A stretch of DNA of 63,887 nt, counting the filler, from Olpidium bornovanus S191 (taxonomy: Eukaryota; Fungi; Olpidiomycota): assembly GCA_017911155.1 (NCBI GenBank). It is 28 parts of 28 records of this genome, joined end to end, with 100 filler letters (N's around TTAATTAATTAA, not from the genome) between each part and the next. Parts side by side here need not be neighbours in the genome. Positions count along the whole stretch, not along the records: positions 23,937 to 26,085 come from JAEFCI010004645.1; positions 26,186 to 27,529 come from JAEFCI010001449.1; positions 27,630 to 29,069 come from JAEFCI010007183.1; positions 29,170 to 33,841 come from JAEFCI010006080.1; positions 33,942 to 37,295 come from JAEFCI010012928.1; 23 more parts are not named here. One strand, 5' to 3'. Shown here piece after piece: positions 23,937 through 34,199 of this stretch. Positions within the stretch are counted from its first letter, which is position 1. Every line of letters begins with the position of its first letter. A program made the translations under genes and the position numbers. The notes under the pieces were generated by a model. It made no database searches and was not told the DNA's origin. It was given only the letters and a program-made list of their open reading frames with translations.

Positions 23937-25631
23937 ACCATTCACACGCACTGTCCCATACCAACCTCAGACACTCCAAAGTCTGTGATTTTTAGGTGAC
24001 CTGTCGCGTCCAGCAGGAGGTTCTCCGGCTTGATGTCTCGATGGGCAACACCCATGTCATGCAAATAACCCACCCCAATAATTAGCTGCTTAAAGCAGCA
24101 ATTGATCTCGGCCTTAGTCTGCGGAGCGAAAAGCGCAAAATGCGGGTCAGAAAAATCGGTCGCCTTTACAGAGCGCCAGAGCCGTTCAACGGAGAAATCA
24201 TGCGCACGAACCATACAACCGCTCTTTATTGCATTGTACAGGTCACCGCCGGGACAGTATTCCATGACTTCGCACCTGAACGAGGGTGAGCGACCGTTAA
24301 CTCTCATTCCGGTCGACCCGGTCCGGAAATTATGCACCCCCGCGAAAGACGATCCGGCAAGCCGAACGACCCACAAACGACCCACCAGTGTTGATTTTCG
24401 TCCTGGACAAGATCCACGGTTTCGATGACGTTCACGTGGTGTAGGGTCGAGCTGATACAGAATTCCGCAGCGAGCTTCTTGACGTACTCACGGTCGGTTT
24501 CGTCCTTCTTCCTCTGGCGGAATTCCTGGAACGATGAGCGGGAGCCCACGGATCAGCGTTCTGTACCCGCAGACAGTCGAAGCGGCCGGGCGGCGGGGCT
24601 CGAGTAGCGGGAAGACACCCCCCCCCCCCCCCCTCCCAACCGAATTATGGTCTACTAGCTTCACCTTAACAGCGTAGTACTTATCCGAGTTCGTGGCGTG
24701 CTCCAGCTTGTGCACGAGGCGCACCACGGCGGTAGCTCCCTGCCCGATGGACCCACGCTCGCATATCCCGTACTTTTTCGAGAACGACTGCCCGTCGTCG
24801 GAGCCCGGGGACGACGACCGCGACGAGGACGAGCAGCTGGACCCGCCGGCGTCCTTTTTCGTTCCGGCAGCGGAGGAATAGACGGACGCCTTTCGAATGA
24901 GCATATCCCGGAGGTGATTCTTGCGGGCGATATTCTGCGGAGTGGGCGCCTGCACCAGCAGCGGGGTCCCCGCGCGCGGGGCAACGGGTGGAAGGTCGCA
25001 GGAGACATCTTTCCGCGGGGATTCGGCGCGTTGGTCCAACGACTCGGAGACCGGCGAAGGGAGCTGATGGAGCGGCGAATGGAGGTCACCGTGCAGGATG
25101 CGGGTGAGTAGCGTGGGTCGTTTCGGCGGGACACCGTTCTCCAACGGCACCAATAGCGGGAGCTGTTTGGTAGGAGAAGTCGGTCTCGGTTCTTCGGGAC
25201 CAGCAGGATTCCTGTTACTCGCCCAGACACCAACCCCGCACCGCACAGCCGTGGCGGTGAGATTCCGTCCAGCGGCAAGCCGGAAAGCGCGGGGAGCGAC
25301 GGAAGAGCGCGCCCCCCCCCCTCCTTCCCCCGCGATCACGCTTTACTCACCGCAGAAACACGTCTGGGCCGGCAGCCGCGTCGTTGGCCCTGAATTTGGG
25401 GCAGCCGGCGGCGGGGTCGGTGGGCGACTGGGCCAGAGAGGCGGGAGTAACGGGCCGGTTCGCCAGATTCCCGTCCCGGTCGTCGTCGCCGAAGTACTCG
25501 GACACGCCGGGGCCCGGCTTCGCGCGGAGTGCCTCCTTGGCGGCGGCGCCGGCGGGCAAGGCGCCGTCCGGAGCCGTGCGCGTGCCGCTGTTCATCCCGG
25601 GGACCCAGACGTCGGAGTCGAAGGTTACCAT
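23937..25631 (-). CDS. Fungal HAL-family Ser/Thr kinase (Hrk1/Sat4/Oca2-like), 3' truncated
   Basis: [11 protein letters not shown]...[44 protein letters not shown]...[14 protein letters not shown]...[30 protein letters not shown]...KITDFG. Probable ATG at 25631. Confidence 0.9.
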
Positions 25632-26212
25632 GGTTGGCAGTCGTCGAACGGAAGGGGAGGAGAAAGTTGTGAGAAAAATAGGGAGGAGAGCGGGGCGGGC
25701 GAAGCACGCGGGGAAGGGGGGTTGACTCTGCGGGGAAGTGCGGCAGGTGGCGGGGCGGACCTCCCGCAGCGAGCGGCGGCGGCGGCGGCGGCAACGGCGT
25801 GCGGGCGTGAGGACAGGACGGAGGGCGGGGCAAGAGGGCAAGAGGGGGAAGGAGAGCCGGAGGAGACACGGAGAGAAGCGGGCGGGAAAGTGAGAAGAGA
25901 AAAGAGAGAGAGAGAGAGAGAGAGACAGACGGGGGAGGAAGGAACCACCGCCGGCCCTAAACTGTTCCGATATGCGCTCCGGAGGGGGGACGCGAGCAGA
26001 CCCAACGGAGAGAGAACGGGCGGGCGCAAGAGGGGGAAATCACTGCTCTCTCAGGAAAAAAAAAAAAAAAAGTTAGAACGGACCGNNNNNNNNNNNNNNN
26101 NNNNNNNNNNNNNNNNNNNNNNNNNNNNNTTAATTAATTAANNNNNNNNNNNNNNNNNNNNNNNNNNNNNNNNNNNNNNNNNNNNCCCCCCCCCCCCCCC
26201 ACACCCCCCCCC

Positions 26213-26257
<45 letters not shown>

Positions 26258-26977
26258 CCCCCCCCCCCCCCCCCCCCCCACAAAAAAAAAAAAAAAAACA
26301 ATCCGCCCTTGGCGCCCGGACGAGGAAGGAGGAGGTGAAGAGTCTGCCCCCCGCCCCCCCCCGCCCACCGGTGAGATGCGGAAGGCGGCGTCCCCTCCGC
26401 CTCGCCCCGTCGACGGCGGCGCCGCGCGCGCTGTCCCCGCAGCCACCGTGCATGTGTGCTGCGGCGTGCCTTCAAAGGCGAAACGTGCCCCGGCTCCGGG
26501 TGTGTGCTCGTCCGCCGCCGCGGAGCTGGCGGCGTACAGCCTTGCCGCTCGTGCCGGCGCGTGAACGTCAGCGTCAATTACGGTCGGAAATTTGGATCGT
26601 CGCCGTCTCCCAGGTGTGCATATATCCCTTCCGGCAGTTTTTGCTTTCTGCCACTTTTTTTGTTCTATTTCCAATACGGACCAATAGAAGGCCGCGGACG
26701 GAAAGCATACGGATTTCGCGACCTATACCCTGGTCCCAGAGTGTAGCGCAGGTCGTGCGTCCTGCAATCGGGACAACACTTCTCTGCGACGGCTGCTGAT
26801 TTTGAGGGCGCAATTTGGTGGCCGGCTGTACCGCGCGCGCCGCCATCTGAGTCCGTGCTTGCGCTTTTACCGGCCGCTGACATTTTCTGTTTTGTTTCCC
26901 TCGACGACGCAACCGCGATGTTGTTTGGCTTTCTTACAGCTTGTTTCCGCCGTCGTCGTGAAAAATAAAAAAAAAAT

Positions 26978-27420
26978 ATGAAGGGAAGGATGGAGGATCC
27001 CGTGACAAAAAGCAGAGCCTGCTGCGTTTGCCGGCAAGACAAGGCCCGAAGGGCAAGCAGCCGGCAGAACTCCTGCGCTGGCGAACGCAAGCAGGCCGAA
27101 GGGGATGGGCAGAAAGGCAAGGAGTTTGGCAGGAAGCGTGATCTTCCGCCGCCCGCCAAATACTGTACCGGTGAGAATCACTGGTACCACGATTGCCCAT
27201 CCCCCATCAGCCGATCAAGCAGCAACGGGTGGCAACCGGCTTTCATATTGACGTTGTCACCTGCTGTGCTGCTCGCCACTCCAGCCCTTACGGGCTTCTA
27301 TGACCCTGGTGCATGCGCAGATTCGTAACTTGAATAAGCTGCTTGGAACAAACGGCACTCACCGTTAGACCACCGCACAGCCACCACACGCGATAGCTGG
27401 CCGGAATTCATGATGACGCT
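26978..27420 (+). pseudogene. Possible degenerate LTR-retrotransposon gag zinc knuckle and aspartic protease remnant
   Basis: PPPAKYCTGENHWYHDCP is a CCHC knuckle lacking the first Cys. It is followed by FYDPGA (DTGA-like) and a stop, with no introns. Weak evidence. Confidence 0.4.
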
Positions 27421-27687
27421 GAGCGTGGGTGAAACTGCCTTACGCGGCCATCGGTTTTCTTCCTTGTCAGCTACCTTCCGCTGGCTCTCCCGCTGTTTTG
27501 CTGTTGACCCTGACAGGTTGGAGGCCGCCNNNNNNNNNNNNNNNNNNNNNNNNNNNNNNNNNNNNNNNNNNNNTTAATTAATTAANNNNNNNNNNNNNNN
27601 NNNNNNNNNNNNNNNNNNNNNNNNNNNNNCCTTTCTCCCCTCCTTCCCTCTTAACTCGCGAATACATATAACCTGTCCAAACTGAGA

Positions 27688-27834
27688 CAAATGTACCAAA
27701 TGTACCTGTGCGAAATATTTCTTACATTTTCCTTCTTCCGCTACATATGTTTCAAGGGGAAAGTATAAATTTTTATTTATATATATTTCCTAACAGGTAC
27801 ATTTGTTTTTTCAAATGTACCAAATGTACCTGTG
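27688..27834. repeat. 23-bp direct repeat with an internal inverted copy in an AT-rich segment
   Basis: CAAATGTACCAAATGTACCTGTG at 27688-27710 and 27812-27834. The inverted 13-mer ACAGGTACATTTG is at 27793-27805. Confidence 0.85.
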
Positions 27835-29613
27835 TCAATTCATGGAGGCATATTATCTTGGCGCTCGGGCAAAACCATGACGTCTTTTCACCTGATCAAA
27901 GAGCCTGACAGGATCGGTCAGTTGAAAGGGTCGTGATAAATACTGCCAACTTGACTTCAAACATCTGTGGTCCAACCTCTCTGAATCGTCTCATTCTTAA
28001 AGTCAAAACCTGGAATGTTGCCCAGAAGTATCTCTTTCCTTTGGATAACCCGCTTGCGCCGGTAGCGCGGCGCAGCGAAAGCGCAGGTCCAACTTACGGC
28101 TCTTCGCCTCCTCCCATCTCGCTGCTGCTCGTCGCCATCGGAATGCCGTCGGCAAACCTTATTCCGTCTCTCGCTTTGGCGACCTGGACAACCTCGCAGT
28201 GTCGCCGGAGAACCGAGAGCGCCGCCGGCCCCCCGGCAGCGCCTTCGCCGTCGCTCCCGCACAACAGCCTCTCTCCATTCGGCGAGCCGGATAATCTTGC
28301 GTTGACGCCGGAAAACGGCGGACCCTGGCCCGCACCCTCGTCGACGCCGCTGCACAACTGTCGTCGGCGCACTTGTTCCGGCTTCTTCTGCTTCGGCAAT
28401 CCGGAACGATGCCTTACAATCAAGAGGGCACCGCTTGATTGTAAGGGCCGAGGGCCCAGCAAAAAAAGCAATATTCTCCGCACACACCAGGCTAGGAAGC
28501 GGATTTGGACTCCGCGATGACCACCCAACTGATTTTTCACCCCACAAAGCGAAGGAATTGAGATTTTTAAGGCCCCGGTCAAGTTTGTTCAAAGACAGGT
28601 GAAAAGACTGGCAAATGTGAGTAAGTAATATTCAAACGCAGAATCATTAGCGCCCAATTCTACTTTGATTTCTTGGGATTCCATGTAAAAACCTTGGCAA
28701 AGATATCAAAGTAGTAGGGTCTCTAAATTTCACACCTTGATATACGTAAAGTAGAAACACAGTTGACTTGCTGGCATATCACATGATCTCCAAGTTATCC
28801 TCGCTGAAAACAAATTATCAGAAATAACATGGCATGGCCGGTCAATGCCCAACTCACTATAATGTAACCAATGCTTGTGTTTTTTTTTGACTTCCTTCGC
28901 CCGCCGCGAGGCGAACCAGCGCCCGTCCACTCCCTGCCCTTCCCCTCCCCTTCCGCTTCCCTTCCCTTCTTCCCGTCATCTCTCCCCCCTTCCTTTTCCC
29001 CCTTCCCCCGTCCTCCCCCTCTCCCTTTCCCCTCCCCCGTTTCCCCTTCCCCCCCCTTCCCCCTTTCCCNNNNNNNNNNNNNNNNNNNNNNNNNNNNNNN
29101 NNNNNNNNNNNNNTTAATTAATTAANNNNNNNNNNNNNNNNNNNNNNNNNNNNNNNNNNNNNNNNNNNNCGGGTTTTTGTTTGCAGTGTGGCTCTCCTTA
29201 GCCGAAACATAAAAAACAAGAGAAAAAATGGCCGAAATGCTATCTAATAAATGTCCATCACAATCTCATCCGCGGTCCGCGCCCGTCATGTACGCGTGAA
29301 ACTGGGGAGCAGAAGGTGAAGACGAGGAAGAGAAAGAGGACGGCGCTTTTGGAAGCGCGGTTAACTGTACGGTGCCGCTCTCTCTCCCCGGCGGCTCGGC
29401 GGAACGGACAGTGGAGGGCGGCTGTGGTGGTGCTCACGGGCGGAATGGACGCCCCGCGGGGGCTGATGACCTGTGGCGTCGCGGCGGGAAAAGTTGTCTG
29501 TTCCGCAGCGACAGAAGGCGCCCCTCCCCCTCGACCGAACATGCCGTTCGACGCGGTGGCCAGCACAACCGCCGGTGACAGGTGCGCCGCGCTGCCAACC
29601 GGCCTTCTCCCGC

Positions 29614-31824
29614 ATGTCTGGCCGTGACCAGCCGTTCTCCGTCCGAAAGGGCGACCGCGCTTTGCCCGACGGGGCCCCGGCCGAGGTCGCCCCCTCGTCG
29701 GAGACGCTTCGCCACCGCGCGGCGTTGGCGCGGTACTATGTCGAACGGTTCCGGAAGGCGCCGCCGCGGAGCAGAGACCAGCGGCCCCCCACGGCCGCGG
29801 GCTCGGCGCCGGACTCCCGGCGGAGAAGCCCCGCGAAAAAGCCGCGCGTTCCCGCCGCCGCCGCCGCCGCCGCGAAGGACGGCGACGACGTTCGCCGTCG
29901 GTCGCCGATCGTCCACCAGGCGGAGTTTCCCTCGCCCTCGGTCCTCGCGGCGGTCGATTTGCAAAGGGCTGCGCGCCCCGCAACCGCCTCCGGGAGCGCG
30001 CCGCTCTCCAAACCGGCGGAAGCGGCAGCCGGGGTACCTCGCCGCCACGCAAAGACGGGCGGGACGGCCGCCCAGGCAGCGCCGGAGGCTTTAGCGAAGA
30101 GGGCAAAACCTGCCGCGCCGCCGGAAGCTCGGCCTGCCGAACAGTCGGCGGCGGCGGAGGCGGCGCGCGGGGCGAAGGCGGAGGACGACCTCCGGAGACG
30201 CCTGAGGCGCCTGCAGGAGACGATGGACAGCTACCGCGGGCGAAACGGAGAAAACGACGATCCGGGAGGATCCCTCGCGCTCGAGAAGAGAGACTCGCCG
30301 CGGGACGGTCCGGGCGCCGAGCGCGGGGCGGCGGCGGCGGCGGCGCGCCTGCAGCAGCAGTGCGGAAATGATCGTGATCCGCAAGACTCGCCTCCGGCCT
30401 CGACGCTGTCGCAAGGGTCCGACGACGCCAGCAGCGCCCCTTCGGGATCACGCACGGCGTCCGCGCAGAAGTCGGCGACCCTGACCTCACTCTCCGACGT
30501 CTCCCGCAACTGGTCGGACAATGAGGAGGAAGAGGAGGAGGAGGAGGAGGAGGAGGACGACGACAACCCCGTCCTTCTTCCCGGCCGCCGGCGGCCGCGA
30601 GCGCGCGCGCGCGCGGCGTCGAGCGAACGCGCGGAAGGCGCCCCGGCCGCTCGACGCGGCGCCGGCGCGGAGCGCGACGACGACCGCGACGCCAGCCTGG
30701 TGCGGAAAGCGAAAGAGGTCCTGGAGCGGTGCGGCGAGCTCCGCGGCTCCGCGGGCGAGTTGCGGAGCGGCGCTGACGCCCTCCGGTGGAAGGCGAACGT
30801 TCCCGACCTTGCCGCGGTCGCGCCGCAGCCAGGCGCAAAAAGCGCGGCAGTGGGGGCGGCGGGGACGACGGCGGCGGCGCCGACGCTTCCCCGTGATCCG
30901 CAGCAGGTGATCGACGAGCTTCGGCGACGGTACGGCTTGATCAGGCAGCTGGTGCCGCACACCGATGGGCGGACGACCACCCACGTAGCTCCCCCGGGTG
31001 ATGACGGACGTCCGCGGGCCGAGCTAGCCGCGCCGACATCGACTGCCTGCGCCAAAGCCGGCGTCCAAAACGCCGCCGCGGTCGCTGCTTCCGCGGGACG
31101 GTATTTTCGGTACAATTACTCGGGGCGCCCCGTCCAGGTCGGCGTACTCGGCTCGGGCGACGACGCGCCCAGCGTGAAATACTCGCTCCCACCTCTCGCG
31201 CGGCAGGCCGCCGCGGACGGCGGCGGCGGCTACGAGATCGTCGACGGCGGTTTCGCACATTGTTGGCCGGTGGCGACGATGACCCGCCCGGGCCCGTCCG
31301 ATCAGCTCTTTGTCGGCGTCTGCTCGTCGTGCCGGACATGCGAAGAACCGGACGCGGCGGAGGGGCCCGCCTTGGAGTCTTCCTCCCTCCGGGGCCCGCG
31401 CCGAGGGAACGAGCGCAGCTGCCGCCCTCCCGCCGCCCAGACGACGACGCGGCCGGACGAAGGCGCGGCGCCGCCCGATTCCGACCGGCGAAACTCCGGA
31501 CCGATGTCAACTCCCGCGGGGCCGGCGCTCGACCTCGTCGTGAACATCACCCTCTCGCCGGCCCCTCCGTCGCCCGCGGCCGTTCCGCCGGACCCGAGCG
31601 AATTCGGACAGGAGGGGCGGGAGGAGGGCGGCGAGGAGGGCGAGGAGGAGGAGCGGCGAAAGCGCTTGGGCGGGAGCCCGCGGGCCGCGGGCCGCGGGGA
31701 TGACATTCTTCTTATGCTGAAGGCGCGGCTGGCGGCATTCGAACGGGAACTGGCCGCCGTGGACTCCGAGATTCGCGCCCTCGAGGTCTCAAGCGGCAGA
31801 GCCACACCCTCCCAAGCAGCTTAG
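29614..31824 (+). CDS. Large intronless low-complexity protein with PROSER3-like motifs
   Basis: About 736-codon open frame from the first ATG (29614). Motifs ARYYVERFRKAPPRSRDQR, SLVRKAKEVLER and DDILLMLKARLAAFERELAAVDSEIRAL resemble recalled PROSER3 motifs (AKYINRFRQAQPTSREER; SLQSRAARLLKR; DDPVLQVLRAHRAELSRQ). Confidence 0.55.
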   Translation: MSGRDQPFSVRKGDRALPDGAPAEVAPSSETLRHRAALARYYVERFRKAPPRSRDQRPPTAAGSAPDSRRRSPAKKPRVPAAAAAAAKDGDDVRRRSPIVHQAEFPSPSVLAAVDLQRAARPATASGSAPLSKPAEAAAGVPRRHAKTGGTAAQAAPEALAKRAKPAAPPEARPAEQSAAAEAARGAKAEDDLRRRLRRLQETMDSYRGRNGENDDPGGSLALEKRDSPRDGPGAERGAAAAAARLQQQCGNDRDPQDSPPASTLSQGSDDASSAPSGSRTASAQKSATLTSLSDVSRNWSDNEEEEEEEEEEEDDDNPVLLPGRRRPRARARAASSERAEGAPAARRGAGAERDDDRDASLVRKAKEVLERCGELRGSAGELRSGADALRWKANVPDLAAVAPQPGAKSAAVGAAGTTAAAPTLPRDPQQVIDELRRRYGLIRQLVPHTDGRTTTHVAPPGDDGRPRAELAAPTSTACAKAGVQNAAAVAASAGRYFRYNYSGRPVQVGVLGSGDDAPSVKYSLPPLARQAAADGGGGYEIVDGGFAHCWPVATMTRPGPSDQLFVGVCSSCRTCEEPDAAEGPALESSSLRGPRRGNERSCRPPAAQTTTRPDEGAAPPDSDRRNSGPMSTPAGPALDLVVNITLSPAPPSPAAVPPDPSEFGQEGREEGGEEGEEEERRKRLGGSPRAAGRGDDILLMLKARLAAFERELAAVDSEIRALEVSSGRATPSQAA

Positions 31825-31956
31825 AGATTCGTTCCGGGTGGGGTTTTGGCGGAGAAGGGAGCAAGGGAAATCGACCAGTTGAATCGGGATAAGGGCGTGC
31901 CAAAAAGACCCCTGGCCGGATAACCAGTAACGCCCTGTTTGCCAAATAAGAAAGCG

Positions 31957-32040
31957 AACCCAACCCCAACCCAACCCAACCCAACCCAACCCAACCCACC
32001 CAACCCAACCCACCCCCCCCCCCCCCCCCAAACCCAACCC
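31957..32040. repeat. (AACCC)n pentanucleotide microsatellite merging into poly-C
   Basis: About 11 near-perfect AACCC units followed by C-runs, directly visible. Confidence 0.9.
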
Positions 32041-32857
32041 CCCCCCCCCCCTCCCCCTCCCCGCCTTCGTCGTCCCTCATCTGCCTCGCTCGGTGTCTCC
32101 TGACGGGTTGTCGTATGCTTTGGCGTGACAGTCACCCGGCCAGAACAAAAAAAAGAAAAAAAAGAAGCCAGGAGCGGATTTGCGTCCGGGAGCGTTCAAA
32201 GGATGCCGCGTAAAACCACTTTCACACACCGCGCCCGCCAAATCTGGCAACGGCGGATATCCACAGACGAATCCATTTTTTTTTCGTGCTTGTTAGTCGG
32301 CCTTCCAGTTTGGAGATGGAAATCGGTAAATTTTAATCGTACAGTCGCACGTCTGGGAAACGTGAAAAACCCGTGTTATAAACGGGCGTCAGTGTGTGTG
32401 TGCGCGCGTGTGACTGTGTGTGTTTATGCGTGCAAAATGATCTCAAGCCTTGCGTGGGGGGGGGGGGGTTGGCGTCTTCGTTGACGGTTATATTTTAAAA
32501 AACACATGGTGGTCGGGTTGGGCGGATGAAGGGAGGGGGGGGGGGGGCAAGTGCGGCTGCAATCAGCGACGCGCCTTTTGCCGCCGTTCGGGTTTGCCCC
32601 GGCTGTCCGCCAAACGTGCGCCCAACGTTGACATCTCAAGGACCTCCCCCCTTCCACCCTTCCCCTGGCGGTTGGCAAATAGATGCCCAAGTCCCTGGTG
32701 GGCGGGGTTACGATTCGTCGGTAAAGCCGGAAGACGAGAAGCTTTTTGAGAGTCCACGACCCGCCGGGTACTTTTTGGGCACCAGGGCCGACAAGGCATC
32801 GAAGGGATCGCCCAAAGGCCGGCGGGGGAGACCTTCGCGCGGGAAAGCGCTCCCACC

Positions 32858-33841
32858 TTACTGCCGCGCCGGCGGATGCGGTTGGTGGTGCCGTCCCCGG
32901 TCTGCAGAGCCCCAGCGCCTCCGGTCGTTGGCGCCGGCAGGCGGGTGATGGGCGGAGCCGTGCGCCTGGGGGGACGCCGCTTGCTGTCGCGCGCCTTGCT
33001 GGCGCGGCGGCGGTCCCGGCCGCGGTCCCGGCGGCGGTCCCGCCGGCTGCTGGAAGTCGGTCGTATGACGCTGTCGCTTCTGCTGTTCTGCTCTCCCAAG
33101 CTCCGAAAGAATCTCGCTCTGGATCTCTTCCGGGAGCGAGTACCACCCCTCGGGGTCCACGCCCGGAGGCGGCGGTGGAGCCGTCGGCGGCGCCTTGGCG
33201 ACAGTCACGACGACTCCGTCGTTCTTCCGGGCGTTTTCGACGTACTCCTGGCGGATGTCCTCCGGCAAGGCCGCCCACACGGATGAGTCCATGCCTTCGG
33301 GGGCGGGCGGTGGCGGCTCCGCTGGGAGCGAGCTCCTCGGGTATTCCGGCACGACAGCCGCCTTACCCTTCCCCTTCCACTTGCTGGCCGCTTCCGTCGC
33401 CGAAACCCCCGTCGAATCAACGTGCTCGAGGTACTCCTGCTGGATGTTCCCGGGAAGGGCGATCCACACATCGTACGCGACGCCGCACTTCGCCGCGTCG
33501 AGCAGGCCCTTTTGCATGGTGAGCGCGGTTCGCGCACTTGCTCGCAAGATCTCCGACGGGGCCACCGGCGGACGAACCGGCGGGATGTGGCTGCTCGACA
33601 CGGGCGCAGCGGAAGGGCGTACGCTCCCTGTCCAGGAGTTCCGCACCTGGGGTGAAACCGGCTCTCCCGTTGCAACGGGCTGCTGCTGAGGCCGGGGCCA
33701 ATGCGGCGGAGTGGATTCTGCATGATGACGATCCGGCTGCGAGAAGTCGTGTTTACCAGACGCGACCGCAGCAGGTTGGTGTGGCGCCGGGTAAACAAAT
33801 TCGACCCGCCCGTCCGGCTGACGTCGCTGCGGAGGCGGTGC
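32858..33841 (-). CDS. Pro/Gln-rich protein with three ubiquitin-binding motif (UBM)-like repeats, partial
   Basis: The frame is open from the contig end. Repeats GVAYDVWIALPGNIQQEY, GMDSSVWAALPEDIRQEY and GVDPEGWYSLPEEIQSEIL match the UBM consensus GVDPxFLxALPxDIRxEV (HUWE1/REV1 type). Confidence 0.65.
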   Translation of the reverse strand, partial: APPPQRRQPDGRVEFVYPAPHQPAAVASGKHDFSQPDRHHAESTPPHWPRPQQQPVATGEPVSPQVRNSWTGSVRPSAAPVSSSHIPPVRPPVAPSEILRASARTALTMQKGLLDAAKCGVAYDVWIALPGNIQQEYLEHVDSTGVSATEAASKWKGKGKAAVVPEYPRSSLPAEPPPPAPEGMDSSVWAALPEDIRQEYVENARKNDGVVVTVAKAPPTAPPPPPGVDPEGWYSLPEEIQSEILSELGRAEQQKRQRHTTDFQQPAGPPPGPRPGPPPRQQGARQQAASPQAHGSAHHPPAGANDRRRWGSADRGRHHQPHPPARQ

Positions 33842-33978
33842 NNNNNNNNNNNNNNNNNNNNNNNNNNNNNNNNNNNNNNNNNNNNTTAATTAATTAANNN
33901 NNNNNNNNNNNNNNNNNNNNNNNNNNNNNNNNNNNNNNNNNATACGAGGAAGGGAGATAGATGGAGAGACGGACAGAA

Positions 33979-33980
<2 letters not shown>

Positions 33981-34048
<68 letters not shown>
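33981..34048. repeat. (GA)n microsatellite
   Basis: More than 30 GA units, directly visible. Confidence 0.95.
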
Positions 34049-34055
<7 letters not shown>

Positions 34056-34199
34056 AAGGGAACGGCGTGCGTGAGGCGGTCGGGCGGCCGGCCGGCGTCC
34101 GGGGTGTTGTGTGGGGAAAGGGGGGGCCAGGAAAAAAAAAAAAAAAAAAAAGCAGATAAGTGCGGGCGAGGGGACGTGCGGGGATTTTTTTTTGTTCGC

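Noticed and set aside
29258-30838. Long antisense and alternate-frame ORFs (also 35052-36161, 35660-36709, 40480-41715, 25098-26141)
   Set aside because: Arg/Pro/Gly/Ala-rich shadow frames expected in very GC-rich coding DNA. They overlap better-supported genes and have no motifs.
31957-32040. True chromosome end
   Set aside because: Short, internal to a contig, with genes on both sides.
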